This document shows, piece by piece, positions 18,435 to 28,214 of a DNA stretch of 32,000 bases. The notes beneath the pieces are model-generated. The model did not search any database, was not told the DNA's origin, and worked only from the letters and a program-made list of their open reading frames with translations. The position numbers and the translations under genes were made by a program. How positions within the stretch are numbered: position 1 is the stretch's first letter; each line of letters starts with the position of its first letter. The stretch covers positions 113,672-145,671 of the forward strand of contig CANIAL010000001.1 in the NCBI GenBank assembly GCA_947465395.1. The letters run 5' to 3'. This DNA comes from Alphaproteobacteria bacterium (GTDB lineage: Bacteria; Pseudomonadota; Alphaproteobacteria; Micropepsales; Micropepsaceae).

Positions 18435-20221
18435 GCAGCCGCAACGCTACCTACCGGGCCTTCCTGGCCGACCTGCGCCGCGCCAATGGCTGGCGGCTGC
18501 CGCTGCTGATCGGCTTGATGAGCGTGACGGCGTTCACGGACGGATTGTCGGTCACCTTGCTGTTGCCGCTTCTCACCCGCGTCGGCGTGGCCGGTTCGGC
18601 CAATGGCGGCGCCACCAGGATCATCAACCAAGCGCTTTCCTATATTACCCCCGCCGGCAGCGGCGTCGGCGCCATCCTGGTGATCATCTTGGTGGTGGCG
18701 TTGCTGCAGTTGGGCCTGAACATGCTGCAAGGCTGGTGGAGCTCCCATCTGATCCATCGCTACAGCCTAGGCTGGCAGATGCGTCTGTTTCGCGCCTTTC
18801 TGGGCGCCGACTGGCTTTTCCTGACCGGGCGCAAGGCGGGCGAACTCACCAGCGCAGCCGTGATCGAGACGGGGCGGCTGGGCGGCTCCTTCTATTATTT
18901 CACCCTGCTGGCCAGCACCATCGTCGCCTGCATCATCTATCTGTTGCTGGCCATGCTGATCACCTGGCGCGCGACCTTGCTGCTGATCGGGCTGGGCTTT
19001 GTCATGGCGCTTTCCATTTCGCGCCTGCACCGCATCAGCCGCGCCGCAGGCCAGCAGGCCGGTCCCCTCAATGCCGAGTTGCAGGTGCTGGTGGCCGAAA
19101 GCCTGTCGGGCGCCAAGATGATCAAGGCCGCGGTGGGCGAGCAGGTCATGGTGGACAGGGTGGAGAAAGTCTCCAACGCGCTCAACCGGGTGGGCTTCAC
19201 CCGCCTTTTCCTGCCCAATGTGGTGCGCGGCGTTTTCGAATTCATTTCCTTTACCGGGCTGGCGGTGTTTTTCGCCTATGGCATGATCCCGCTGCATGTG
19301 GCGCCGGCCGATGTGCTGGTGGTGCTGGCGTTGTTCCTGCGCCTGCTGCCGAAATTCACCAATGCCCAGACCCTGGTGCACGAGCTGAATGTGCATGTGC
19401 CGTCGATCCAGGTGGTCCAGGATCTCCTGGGCGATGCGCTGCAAGAGGCCGAGCGCAGCGGCGGCGTGGATAGCGGCTTCACCGTTCCCTTGCCCACGCG
19501 CCTAGACGTGGAAGGCCTGCACGCGGCCTATAAGGATCGCGCGGTTCTCAATGGCCTGACCCTCAGCCTGAATGTGCCCGGCATGGTGGGCATTGTGGGC
19601 GGCTCGGGCGCAGGCAAATCCACGCTGGTGCATGCATTGCTGGGATTGGTGCGGCCCAGCGGCGGCGCCATCAAGCTTGGCACGCATGACATGGGGGATG
19701 TGGCGCTGTCTGCCTGGCGACGCCGGATCGGCTATGTGCCGCAGGAGACGATGTTCTTCCATGCCAGCGTGGCCGAGAATTTGGCGCTGTCCATGCCATC
19801 GGCATCGCGCGCGGAAATCATCGCCGCGGCAAAGCTGGCCAATGCGCATGATTTCATCATGGCGCTGCCGCAGGATTACGACACGCCCATCGGCGACCAG
19901 GGCGTGCTGCTCTCGGGCGGGCAGCGCCAACGCCTGGGCATTGCCCGCGCATTGCTGGCAAAGCCGGTGTTGCTGCTGCTGGACGAACCCACCAGCGCCT
20001 TGGACCCGAAATCGGAAAATGAAATCCTTTCCACCCTGGTCGAACTGCGCCGGACGATGGGGATCGTGATCGTGGCGCACCGCCTGACCACGGTGCAGGC
20101 GGCGGACCAGATCTATGTGCTGGACAATGGCCGCGTGGTGGAATCGGGAAGCTGGGCCGATTTAATCGCCAAGCGCGACCGCTTCCATTCCCTGGCCAAG
20201 CTCCAGCAGATTGTGGCCTGA
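18431..20221 (+). CDS. Fused TMD-NBD ABC exporter (MsbA/PglK-like half-transporter)
   Basis: Six-TM N-terminal domain, then Walker [10 protein letters not shown], signature LSGGQRQR, Walker [13 protein letters not shown] and an H-loop (VIVAHR). AGGAG lies upstream of the ATG at 18431. The tracked ORF start at 18194 lies inside the regulator gene. Confidence 0.9.
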   Translation: MSSRNATYRAFLADLRRANGWRLPLLIGLMSVTAFTDGLSVTLLLPLLTRVGVAGSANGGATRIINQALSYITPAGSGVGAILVIILVVALLQLGLNMLQGWWSSHLIHRYSLGWQMRLFRAFLGADWLFLTGRKAGELTSAAVIETGRLGGSFYYFTLLASTIVACIIYLLLAMLITWRATLLLIGLGFVMALSISRLHRISRAAGQQAGPLNAELQVLVAESLSGAKMIKAAVGEQVMVDRVEKVSNALNRVGFTRLFLPNVVRGVFEFISFTGLAVFFAYGMIPLHVAPADVLVVLALFLRLLPKFTNAQTLVHELNVHVPSIQVVQDLLGDALQEAERSGGVDSGFTVPLPTRLDVEGLHAAYKDRAVLNGLTLSLNVPGMVGIVGGSGAGKSTLVHALLGLVRPSGGAIKLGTHDMGDVALSAWRRRIGYVPQETMFFHASVAENLALSMPSASRAEIIAAAKLANAHDFIMALPQDYDTPIGDQGVLLSGGQRQRLGIARALLAKPVLLLLDEPTSALDPKSENEILSTLVELRRTMGIVIVAHRLTTVQAADQIYVLDNGRVVESGSWADLIAKRDRFHSLAKLQQIVA

Positions 20222-20223
20222 CC

Positions 20224-21108
20224 ATGAGCGCGATCACCAAGGGCATTGTTCTGGCGGGCGGCGCGGGGTCGCGGCTGTGGCCGCTGACCAGCGTTGCTAG
20301 CAAGCAGTTGCTGCCGGTCTATGACAAGCCCATGGTCTATTACCCGCTGACCACCCTGATGCTGGCCGGCATCCGCGACATATTGCTGATCTCCACGCCG
20401 ACCGAATTGTTGCGCTTCCAGTCGCTGCTGGGCGACGGCAGCCAATGGGGCGTCGCCATCCGCTATGCCGCCCAGCCCGAGCCGCGCGGCATCGCCCAGG
20501 CCTTCCTGATCGGCGAGGAGTTTATCGCGGGCCAGGGCTGCGCGCTGGTGCTGGGCGACAATATCTATTACGGCGCCGGGCTGGGTGAGCGCGTGCAGCG
20601 CGCCGCCGCGCAAAAGGGCGGCGCCACCGTCTTTTGTCACCAGGTGCCCAATCCCGGCGAGTTCGGGGTGGTGGAGATCGATGCGGACGGCCGCGCGCTT
20701 TCCATCGAGGAAAAGCCCAAGGCCCCCCGCTCCAACTGGATCGTGACGGGTCTTTATTTCTATGACGATGCGATCATCGATGTCGCCCGCAACCTCAAGC
20801 CATCGGCGCGGGGCGAGCTTGAAATCACCGACGTCAACCGCGCCTATCTGGCGCGCGGGTCCTTGCATGCCGAACAGCTGGGCCGGGGCTATGCTTGGTT
20901 CGATGCGGGCACGCAAAAGGCGCTGCTGCAGGCGGGCGAATTCATCCACACCATCGAGGAGCGCCAGGGCCTGAAGGTGGGCTGCCCCGAGGAAATCGCG
21001 TATCGCATGAATTATATCGACGCCGCCGCGCTGACCCGGCTTGCCAACGCGGCCCCGGGCAGCGATTACGGCATCTATCTTCGCAATATCCTTCAGCATT
21101 CGCGTTAA
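20224..21108 (+). CDS. rfbA: Glucose-1-phosphate thymidylyltransferase
   Basis: [52 protein letters not shown], the canonical RmlA N-terminus, and a length of 294 aa. Confidence 0.95.
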   Translation: MSAITKGIVLAGGAGSRLWPLTSVASKQLLPVYDKPMVYYPLTTLMLAGIRDILLISTPTELLRFQSLLGDGSQWGVAIRYAAQPEPRGIAQAFLIGEEFIAGQGCALVLGDNIYYGAGLGERVQRAAAQKGGATVFCHQVPNPGEFGVVEIDADGRALSIEEKPKAPRSNWIVTGLYFYDDAIIDVARNLKPSARGELEITDVNRAYLARGSLHAEQLGRGYAWFDAGTQKALLQAGEFIHTIEERQGLKVGCPEEIAYRMNYIDAAALTRLANAAPGSDYGIYLRNILQHSR

Positions 21109-21118
21109 AAGGCCCGCA

Positions 21119-22366
21119 ATGACCAAGAACGACCTGAATTCCGTCCGCAACTGCCGTGTCTGCGATGCGCCCATCGAGGCCTTCATGTCGTTCGGGCAGC
21201 AGCCCATCGCCAATGGCTTTCTTACCTCGGCCCAGGTCGCGGACGAATATTTCTATGAAATGAAACCCGCCTTCTGCGCGCGCTGCTGCATGTTCCAGAT
21301 CATGGACCAGCCCGCGGCCGAGCGCATGTTCCATGGCGAATACGCATTTTTCTCCAGCACGTCGCGCTACATGCAGGCGCATTTCGCCAAATTCGCCAAG
21401 GAGGCGATGGAGACGGTTCTGGCCGGACGCGCCGATCCCTTTGTGGTGGAGCTGGGCAGCAATGACGGCATCATGCTGGGCAATTTCAAGGAAAAGGGCT
21501 TCCGCCATTTGGGCGTGGAGCCGTCCAGCAATGTCGCCGATGTGGCGCGGGCCAAGGGCATCAACAGCATCAGCGAATTTTTCAGCCCCGCATTGGCAGA
21601 GCGCATCGTGGCCCAGCACGGCCATGCCGATTTCATGTCGGCGGCCAATGTCATGTGCCACATTCCCGACATCAACGGCATCGCAGCGGGCGTGAAGACG
21701 CTGTTGAAGCCCGACGGCGTCTTCATGTTTGAGGACCCCTATCTGGGCGCGATGGTGGAAAAGACCTCCTACGACCAGATCTATGACGAGCATGTCTTCA
21801 TTTTCTCGGCCTTGTCGGTGCAGAATGTTTTTGCCCGGCATGGGCTTGAGCTGGTGGACGTGGCGCCGCAGATCACCCATGGCGGCTCCATGCGCTACAC
21901 CATCTCGCCCAAGGGTGCGCGTCCCGTCTCCGACTGCGTGGCAAAACAGTTGGCCTGGGAGCGCGGGCAGGGCCTGGACAATCCGGCCACCTGTGACCGC
22001 TTCCGCGCGAATTGCGAGGCCTCGCGCGACCAGTTGCTGACGCTCCTGGAAAAGCTGCGCCAGGAGGGCAAGCGCGTGGTGGGCTATGGCGCCACGTCCA
22101 AGAGCACCACCGTCACCAATTATTGCGGCATCGGCCCGCAGCATGTGGAGTTCATTTCCGACACCACGCCCATCAAGCAGGGCAAGCTGTCGCCGGGCGC
22201 GCATATTCCCGTGAAGCCTTACGCCGCCTTCGCGGACAATTACCCCGATTACGCCCTGCTGTTCGCCTGGAACCATGCGGCGGAAATCCGCGAAAAGGAA
22301 ACCAGCTTCACCGCGGCGGGCGGCAAATGGATCGTCTATGTGCCGAAAGTGGGTATTGAATCGTGA
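21119..22366 (+). CDS. NDP-hexose C-methyltransferase (TylC3/NovU/KijD1-like, SAM-dependent)
   Basis: About 415 aa. N-terminal Zn-ribbon-like CRVCDAPIEAFMSFGQQPIANGF plus a CxxC (FCARCC), a class I SAM fold (VVELGSNDG) and a C-terminal Rossmann-like domain (VVGYGATSKSTT). This architecture is typical of sugar C-methyltransferases. Start is the ATG at 21119. Confidence 0.72.
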   Translation: MTKNDLNSVRNCRVCDAPIEAFMSFGQQPIANGFLTSAQVADEYFYEMKPAFCARCCMFQIMDQPAAERMFHGEYAFFSSTSRYMQAHFAKFAKEAMETVLAGRADPFVVELGSNDGIMLGNFKEKGFRHLGVEPSSNVADVARAKGINSISEFFSPALAERIVAQHGHADFMSAANVMCHIPDINGIAAGVKTLLKPDGVFMFEDPYLGAMVEKTSYDQIYDEHVFIFSALSVQNVFARHGLELVDVAPQITHGGSMRYTISPKGARPVSDCVAKQLAWERGQGLDNPATCDRFRANCEASRDQLLTLLEKLRQEGKRVVGYGATSKSTTVTNYCGIGPQHVEFISDTTPIKQGKLSPGAHIPVKPYAAFADNYPDYALLFAWNHAAEIREKETSFTAAGGKWIVYVPKVGIES

Positions 22367-23463
22367 TCCCCTGGGCCTCGCCACAGGCGCAGTTCCGCGC
22401 CCATGAAACCGCCATTCGCCAGGCGGTGGACCGCGTCCTGACGGGCAGCGCCTATGTGATGGGCCCGGACGTGATGAATTTCGAACGCGCTTTCGCCGCC
22501 TATCTGGGCGCGGCGCATGTGGCGGGCGTGGCCAGCGGCACGGATGCGCTGATCCTGGCCTTGCGCGCCTTCGGCATCGGTCCCGGCGATGAAGTCATCA
22601 CGGTGGCCCATACGGCGGTCGCCACCGTGTCGGCCGTGCTGGCAGCAGGCGCCACGCCGGTGCTGGTGGATGTCGAACCGGATTTCTACACCATTGACCC
22701 GGCGGCCATCGAAGCGGCGGTGACGCCCCGCACCAAGGCCATCATCGCGGTGCATATCTATGGCCAGATGGCCGACATGGATGCGATCGTTCCGCTGGCG
22801 CGCCGGCTGAAGTTGACGCTGATCGAGGATTGCGCCCAGGCCGCCGGCGCCAGCCATCGCGGGCGCCGTGCGGGCAGTATAGGCGACGCCGCCTGTTACA
22901 GTTTCTATCCCACCAAGAATCTGGGCGGCATCGGTGACGGCGGCGCGGTTGCCTCCAACGATGGCGATTTCATCGCCCGCCTGCGCCGTTTGGCGCAATA
23001 TGGCTGGGACGAAAACCGCAAGACACAGGGCATCGGCGTCAATTCGCGGCTGGACCCGCTGCAGGCGGCGATCCTGTCAGCCAAGCTGCCGCATCTGGAT
23101 GCCGACAATGCCCGCCGCGCCGCCATCGCCGCGCGCTACAGCCAGGGTCTGGACAATCTGGGCCTGACCGTGCCGATGGTGCGTGCCGATTCCCGGCATG
23201 TCTTTCATCTGTATGTCATCGCCGCGGATAACCGCGTTGCGCTGATGGCGGCGCTGGCCAAGGCGGGCGTGGGTTCGGCCTTGCATTATTATCCCGCCAT
23301 TGACCGACAGGACGGCTATGCCCAGCGCGTCACCGTGCTGGGCGGCGGCTTGCCCGTGACCACGCGCCTGTCGGAACGCATCGTCTCGTTGCCCATGTAT
23401 CCCGAGCTGAGTGATGCGGATGTGGATGCCGTGATCGCGGCCGTCCGCGCCAGCCTGGCCTGA
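22363..23463 (+). CDS. DegT/DnrJ/EryC1/StrS-family NDP-sugar aminotransferase
   Basis: ASGTDALILALRAFGIGPGDEVI and SFYPTKNLGGIGDGGAV (PLP lysine). The GTG start overlaps the preceding stop (GTGA). Confidence 0.9.
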   Translation: MIPWASPQAQFRAHETAIRQAVDRVLTGSAYVMGPDVMNFERAFAAYLGAAHVAGVASGTDALILALRAFGIGPGDEVITVAHTAVATVSAVLAAGATPVLVDVEPDFYTIDPAAIEAAVTPRTKAIIAVHIYGQMADMDAIVPLARRLKLTLIEDCAQAAGASHRGRRAGSIGDAACYSFYPTKNLGGIGDGGAVASNDGDFIARLRRLAQYGWDENRKTQGIGVNSRLDPLQAAILSAKLPHLDADNARRAAIAARYSQGLDNLGLTVPMVRADSRHVFHLYVIAADNRVALMAALAKAGVGSALHYYPAIDRQDGYAQRVTVLGGGLPVTTRLSERIVSLPMYPELSDADVDAVIAAVRASLA

Positions 23464-23473
23464 GGCGCCCGCC

Positions 23474-24646
23474 ATGTCCCCCCGCCTCACCATCGTGATG
23501 CCGCTCCGGGGGCGCAATCTTTTCACCCTGCGGTTTTTGTATTACGCGAATCAGTTGCAGATGCCCTATCGTTTCCTGATCGCGGACGGGCTGGTGCATC
23601 CGAAGCTGGCCGAGGTGCTGGAAAATTCCCGGCGGCACTTCTCGGACCTGGACATCGAATATGTGCGCTATCCGGACGACAGGGAATTTGCGGATTTCTT
23701 TAACAAGATGGCCGACGCGTTGGGACGTGTGACAACGCCTTACGCGATGATTGGCGACAATGACGACTTCATCATGCCAGCCGGCGTAGAAAGGGCCATC
23801 GACTTCCTGGAATCCAATCCGGATTTCGTGGGTTACAGCGGCCGAATTTTGGGATTCTCGGCCTATTCCGGCTTGAGTGATCCGCAGCGCGGCCTGCGCG
23901 GGCGGCTGAACCGGCTTTACATGTGCTATCCGCAGCGGGACGCCAGTCAGGCCAGCGCGAGCGAGAGATTTCAGAACAGCATGTCGGGTCTTTGGCCATA
24001 TTACGCCATCATGCGGACGGAGGCACTGGCGACGGTGTGCCGGGAAATTGCCGAATTGTCATTTTCGGACCTGCAGGTCCATGAGGCATTTCACGTCCTG
24101 CGCGTGCTGACGATGGGGCGGGTGCGGCATGACGGCGGCGTCGCTACCCTCAACCGGCAATATGGAACCTCGTTGAATGCGTCCTTCAAGAAGGACTGGA
24201 TTCACCATCTGGTGCGCAGCCGCCTGACCCAGGACATTGCCGCCCTGGTTTCGCGCGTGGGCGATGCCGCGATTGTCGCGGGCGCCGATCCTGCCACCAT
24301 TCGTGAAGAACTCTATGCGATCATGGACGGAAAATTCCGCCAGATGGTCAAGGCCGCTTATGGTTCAATGCAGGAGGTCAAGCATGTCGCCCGCCGCCGC
24401 ATGCCCCGCCTCCTGCAATGGTACAAGAACCGTCCCCGGCTTGCCGTAAGGGCTGAGGAAAGGGCCCTGGCCGCCGCCATGGTGCATGACGGCGCATCGC
24501 CTTCCTATGTTGAGATATTTCACCAGGAAATCGCGGCCTTGCGCGCGATATTGTCGGGCACGGAGTTTGCGGACTTCATCCGCCCCTTTGAAGCGGTCTT
24601 TGCGGCCGGCGATTCGTCGCACCGCAAAGCCAGCAACCTGGAATAG
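23474..24646 (+). CDS. Uncharacterised protein with an N-terminal GT-A (GT2-like) glycosyltransferase-type domain
   Basis: LTIVMPLRGRN...FLIADG... and a DxD-like IGDNDDF, as in GT-A folds. I cannot place the C-terminal ~200 aa. G+C is lower than in the neighbours. Confidence 0.45.
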   Translation: MSPRLTIVMPLRGRNLFTLRFLYYANQLQMPYRFLIADGLVHPKLAEVLENSRRHFSDLDIEYVRYPDDREFADFFNKMADALGRVTTPYAMIGDNDDFIMPAGVERAIDFLESNPDFVGYSGRILGFSAYSGLSDPQRGLRGRLNRLYMCYPQRDASQASASERFQNSMSGLWPYYAIMRTEALATVCREIAELSFSDLQVHEAFHVLRVLTMGRVRHDGGVATLNRQYGTSLNASFKKDWIHHLVRSRLTQDIAALVSRVGDAAIVAGADPATIREELYAIMDGKFRQMVKAAYGSMQEVKHVARRRMPRLLQWYKNRPRLAVRAEERALAAAMVHDGASPSYVEIFHQEIAALRAILSGTEFADFIRPFEAVFAAGDSSHRKASNLE

Positions 24647-24649
24647 GCA

Positions 24650-25216
24650 ATGCAGATTCACAAAACCAAGCTGGACGGGTGCCTGGTCATCGAGCCGAAG
24701 CGGTTTGGCGATGCCCGCGGCTTCTTCCTGGAAAGCTATCACCAGGCGCGCTACCGCGAGGCCGGCATCCCGGACATTTTCGTTCAGGACAATCACTCGC
24801 GGTCCGCCAAAGGTGTTTTACGCGGCATGCATTTCACGGTGCGCCGGCCACAGGCCCAGATCGTGACGGTGATGCGCGGGCGCATATTCGATGTGGGCGT
24901 GGATATGCGCCCCGGTTCGCCCACATTCGGGCAGTGGTTTGGGGCGGAGCTGGGCGATGACGGCCCTTGCCAGATCTACATGGCGCCAGGCTTCGCGCAC
25001 GGCTTTTGTGTGCTCAGCGATTTTGCGGATCTTCATTACAAGTGCAGCGAATTCTACGACCATGGGGACGAGAGCGGGCTGTTGTGGAATGATCCGCAAG
25101 TGGCGATCCAGTGGCCGCTGGCGGCACCTGTGGTCAACCTGCGCGACGCTGGTTTCTTGTGTCTGCAAGATCTGACATCTGACAAGCTGCCCCACACCGG
25201 AGGCGGCTCAAAATGA
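24650..25216 (+). CDS. rfbC: dTDP-4-dehydrorhamnose 3,5-epimerase family
   Basis: VIEPKRFGDARGFFLESY...FVQDNHSRSAKGVLRGMHF...APGFAHGF, the canonical RmlC cupin motifs. Confidence 0.9.
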   Translation: MQIHKTKLDGCLVIEPKRFGDARGFFLESYHQARYREAGIPDIFVQDNHSRSAKGVLRGMHFTVRRPQAQIVTVMRGRIFDVGVDMRPGSPTFGQWFGAELGDDGPCQIYMAPGFAHGFCVLSDFADLHYKCSEFYDHGDESGLLWNDPQVAIQWPLAAPVVNLRDAGFLCLQDLTSDKLPHTGGGSK

Positions 25217-25250
25217 ATGCGGTTTTAATGTTTTCCAATCGGAGTTTCCA

Positions 25251-25871
25251 ATGACAGACAAAAATCCTGTTCGCCTGAATATCGGCTGTGGCGGGCGTCC
25301 GCTGCTGGATTATGTCAATGTGGACATGGACAGCCTGGACGATCTGCGCCGCCGCTATCCAGCCCAGACTTTTTCAGACGACATCATCCTGCGCAACCAC
25401 GACATCTTTAATCTGCCCTATGCCGATGGCACTGTAGACGAGGTGCGCGCGGACGGATTGCTGGAGCATCTTTCCTTTATCGACGAACCTCGGTTTTTTC
25501 ACGAGGTGAGGCGGGTCCTGAAGTCCGGTGGCAGCTTCGTGTTCAGCGTCCCGGATTTCGAGCAGGTCTGCAAGAACTGGTTGGCCGCCAAGGATGATTG
25601 GAAGGATTTCTACCGCATGGACGATGAAGCCATCGCCAAGCAGCACTGGTTCGGGACTTATACCTACAAAACAGACAATCGCTGGGGTTATATCGTGGCG
25701 ACGATCTATGGCAGCCAGCACGGCGAAGGGCAGTATCATCGCAACTGCTATTCGGAAGGCAAGATTCGCGCGATCATGGAACGGCTTGGCTTTGACGTTG
25801 CGTCCCTGAACAAAACGCTGTGGAAGGGCGACCGGGATCCCATGCTGGACACCGTGGCCGTCAAGCGCTGA
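25251..25871 (+). CDS. Class I SAM-dependent methyltransferase (small, Methyltransf_11-like)
   Basis: Motif I LNIGCGGRPLLDYVNVD, then DEVRADGLLEHL and LKSGGSFVFSVPD. GGAG lies upstream of the ATG. G+C is noticeably lower. Confidence 0.8.
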   Translation: MTDKNPVRLNIGCGGRPLLDYVNVDMDSLDDLRRRYPAQTFSDDIILRNHDIFNLPYADGTVDEVRADGLLEHLSFIDEPRFFHEVRRVLKSGGSFVFSVPDFEQVCKNWLAAKDDWKDFYRMDDEAIAKQHWFGTYTYKTDNRWGYIVATIYGSQHGEGQYHRNCYSEGKIRAIMERLGFDVASLNKTLWKGDRDPMLDTVAVKR

Positions 25872-25881
25872 GCGAGGATAA

Positions 25882-26853
25882 ATGGGCGGCGCCATCTTCC
25901 AGAACTGGTACGAAGGCAAGACGGTGGTCGTGACCGGTGGTTATGGCTATCTTGGCACCGGGCTTTGCGAGCGATTGCGCGGCGCAGGTGCGCGCCTGCG
26001 CCGTGCCACGCGCGGCCGGCCAAATATAGAAAACGATCGCGAAGCACGGGTCGGTGACATTAGCGATCCCGCTTTCTGCGCCCGGCTGGTGGATGGTGCG
26101 GATGCGGTGTTTCACTTCGGCGCCCAGACCAGTGTCCCGGATTCCCACGCCTGCCCGGGCGATGATCTGCGCGCCAATGCGCAAGCGACCCTGACGCTGC
26201 TGGAAGCCTGCCGCCATGGAGGCGACATGGCATTAGTTTATGCCGGTACGGCGACCGCTGTCGGGCTGCCCTCGCAAATGCCGGTCGGCACTGGTACGCC
26301 AGACCAGCCGGTAACGGTTTACGATGCGACCAAGCTGGCGTCAGAAAACCTGGTCGGGGTTTACCGCGCCAATGGCTGGGTCAAGGGCGTCTGCCTGCGG
26401 ATCGCCAATGTCTATGGCCCTGGACCAGCTAAATCGGCATCCGATCGGGGCGTCACCAACCGGATCATTGCCCGGGCGCTGGCGGGTCAGGACCTTGTCT
26501 ATTATGGCGATGGCAATTTGCTGCGCGACTATGTCTATGTTGACGATCTGCTGGACGCCTTCTTCCGGGTCGGCACGGCGGCCGGGAGTGCGGCGGAACG
26601 TTATTATGTCGTGGCCGGCGGGAAGGGCTACAGCTTGCGCGAGGTGTTCGAATTGATCGCCGACACGGTGGCGGGTTTGGGGCGCGCCCGCGTGCAAGTC
26701 AGTTCGGCGCCCTGGCCCGCTACCGCGCACGCAATCGACAGGCGCAACTTCGTGGCGGATATTTCGCCTCTGCGCGCCCTTTGCGATTGGCAGCCGACGA
26801 CGCCGCTTGCCGAGGGCGTTCGCAAGACGGCGCATTTCCTGGTGGAGGGCTGA
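25882..26853 (+). CDS. NAD-dependent epimerase/dehydratase-family SDR (candidate NDP-sugar ketoreductase or epimerase)
   Basis: VVVTGGYGYLGTGL (GxxGxxG) and the catalytic YDATK (YxxxK). Confidence 0.85.
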   Translation: MGGAIFQNWYEGKTVVVTGGYGYLGTGLCERLRGAGARLRRATRGRPNIENDREARVGDISDPAFCARLVDGADAVFHFGAQTSVPDSHACPGDDLRANAQATLTLLEACRHGGDMALVYAGTATAVGLPSQMPVGTGTPDQPVTVYDATKLASENLVGVYRANGWVKGVCLRIANVYGPGPAKSASDRGVTNRIIARALAGQDLVYYGDGNLLRDYVYVDDLLDAFFRVGTAAGSAAERYYVVAGGKGYSLREVFELIADTVAGLGRARVQVSSAPWPATAHAIDRRNFVADISPLRALCDWQPTTPLAEGVRKTAHFLVEG

Positions 26854-27270
26854 ATGTCGCTGCATTCCATTCGCGATGTGTGCCAGATCGCCCTGCCGCT
26901 TCATTCGCGCGGCGATGGCGAACTGATGGTGATGGAATCCGGGAAACAGGTGCCGTTTGCGGTGGCGCGGGTTTTCACGGTCCGCGCCGATGCCGGCGCC
27001 GTGCGCGGCCAGCATGCCCACAAACGCTGCACGCAATTCCTGGTCTGCGTGCAGGGCGAAATCGCCGTGGAATGCGATGACGGCGCCGCGAAAACCCAAT
27101 ATCTGCTGGATAGCGGCGGCAAGGGGCTTTTGATCCCGGCCTCGATCTGGGGCATGGAGACGTATCGCACGGATGGCGCGGTGCTGATGGTGCTGTGCGA
27201 CCGCCTCTATGAAGATGACGACTATCTGCGCGATTATGCGCAATTCCTGGAATGGCGAAACACACCATGA
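26854..27270 (+). CDS. FdtA/WxcM-like cupin, NDP-6-deoxy-hexulose 3,4-ketoisomerase family
   Basis: 138-aa cupin with FAVARVFTV...VRGQHAHKRCTQFLVCVQGEI and LLIPASIWG, matching the FdtA/QdtA-type pattern. The ATG directly abuts the upstream TGA. Confidence 0.78.
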   Translation: MSLHSIRDVCQIALPLHSRGDGELMVMESGKQVPFAVARVFTVRADAGAVRGQHAHKRCTQFLVCVQGEIAVECDDGAAKTQYLLDSGGKGLLIPASIWGMETYRTDGAVLMVLCDRLYEDDDYLRDYAQFLEWRNTP

Positions 27271-28214
27271 AAATCATTGTTACCGGCGCCCTGGGCCATA
27301 TCGGCTCTTACGTCGTGCGCGACCTTGCCGTCCGCTTTCCCGGCGCCGAGATCGTCATGATCGACAACATGATGACGCAGCGTTACCCGGCGCTGTTCAA
27401 CCTGCCGGCCACCGGCCGTTACCAGTTCCTGGAATGCGACATTACCAAGGCCGACCTTCGCCCCATCCTGGATGGTGCACATGTGGTGATCCACCTGGCC
27501 GCCATCACGGACGCGGCGGGCAGCTTCGGGCGCGCCGCCGAACTGGAAGCCAACAATTACCAGGCCACGGCCCGGGTGGCGGAAGCCTGTGTGGAGACCG
27601 GCGCCCGGCTGATCGCGCTGTCATCCACCAGCGTCTATGGCACCCAGGCCGCTGTGGTGTCCGAGGATTGCTCCGCCGAAGAACTCAAGCCGCAAAGTCC
27701 CTATGCCGAAACCAAGCTGAAGGAAGAGGCGCTGGTGACATCGCTGGCCGCCGGCAATGGCCTGAAGGCGGTGTCCTGCCGCTTCGGCACCATCTTCGGC
27801 GCCTCGCCCGGCATGCGTTTTCATACCGCCGTCAACAAATTCTGCTGGCAGGCGGTGATGGGCAAGCCGCTTTCGGTGTGGCGCACGGCCTATGAGCAGA
27901 AGCGCCCCTATCTGGACCTGGCGGACGCCAGCCGCGCCCTGGCGCATATCATTGAAAAGGATATTTTCGACGGGCGCATCTATAATGTCCTGACGTTGAA
28001 CGCCACCGTTCGCCAGATCGTGGAAAGCATCAAGGCTTTCGTGCCGGGTCTTGAGGTTTCCTTCGTGGACAACAAGATCATGAACCAACTGTCCTACGAA
28101 GTGTCTTGCGAGCGCTTCCAGGATACCGGCTTTTCCTTTTCGGGTGACCTGGGCCGGGGCGTGGGCGAGACCATCGCCCTGTTGCGCAACGCCAATGGCA
28201 GGGCGCCGGAATGA
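27267..28214 (+). CDS. NAD-dependent epimerase/dehydratase-family SDR
   Basis: MKIIVTGALGHIGSYV (GxxGxxG) and YAETK (YxxxK). The ATG at 27267 overlaps the preceding stop (ATGA). Confidence 0.85.
   Translation: MKIIVTGALGHIGSYVVRDLAVRFPGAEIVMIDNMMTQRYPALFNLPATGRYQFLECDITKADLRPILDGAHVVIHLAAITDAAGSFGRAAELEANNYQATARVAEACVETGARLIALSSTSVYGTQAAVVSEDCSAEELKPQSPYAETKLKEEALVTSLAAGNGLKAVSCRFGTIFGASPGMRFHTAVNKFCWQAVMGKPLSVWRTAYEQKRPYLDLADASRALAHIIEKDIFDGRIYNVLTLNATVRQIVESIKAFVPGLEVSFVDNKIMNQLSYEVSCERFQDTGFSFSGDLGRGVGETIALLRNANGRAPE

Noticed and set aside
20113-21213. 366-aa minus-strand ORF antisense to rmlA
   Set aside because: It lies entirely opposite a gene with unmistakable RmlA motifs. Its translation is Arg/Ala/Gly/Gln-rich and low in complexity with no recognisable motif. 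This is typical shadow-frame behaviour in high-GC DNA.
20942-22384. 480-aa minus-strand ORF antisense to the C-methyltransferase gene
   Set aside because: It is a shadow frame of a well-supported plus-strand CDS. Its composition is dominated by R/A/G/H/L, with no start context or motif.
26341-27243. 300-aa minus-strand ORF opposite the SDR and FdtA-like genes
   Set aside because: It is antisense to two motif-supported CDSs and spans their junction. It has shadow-frame composition.
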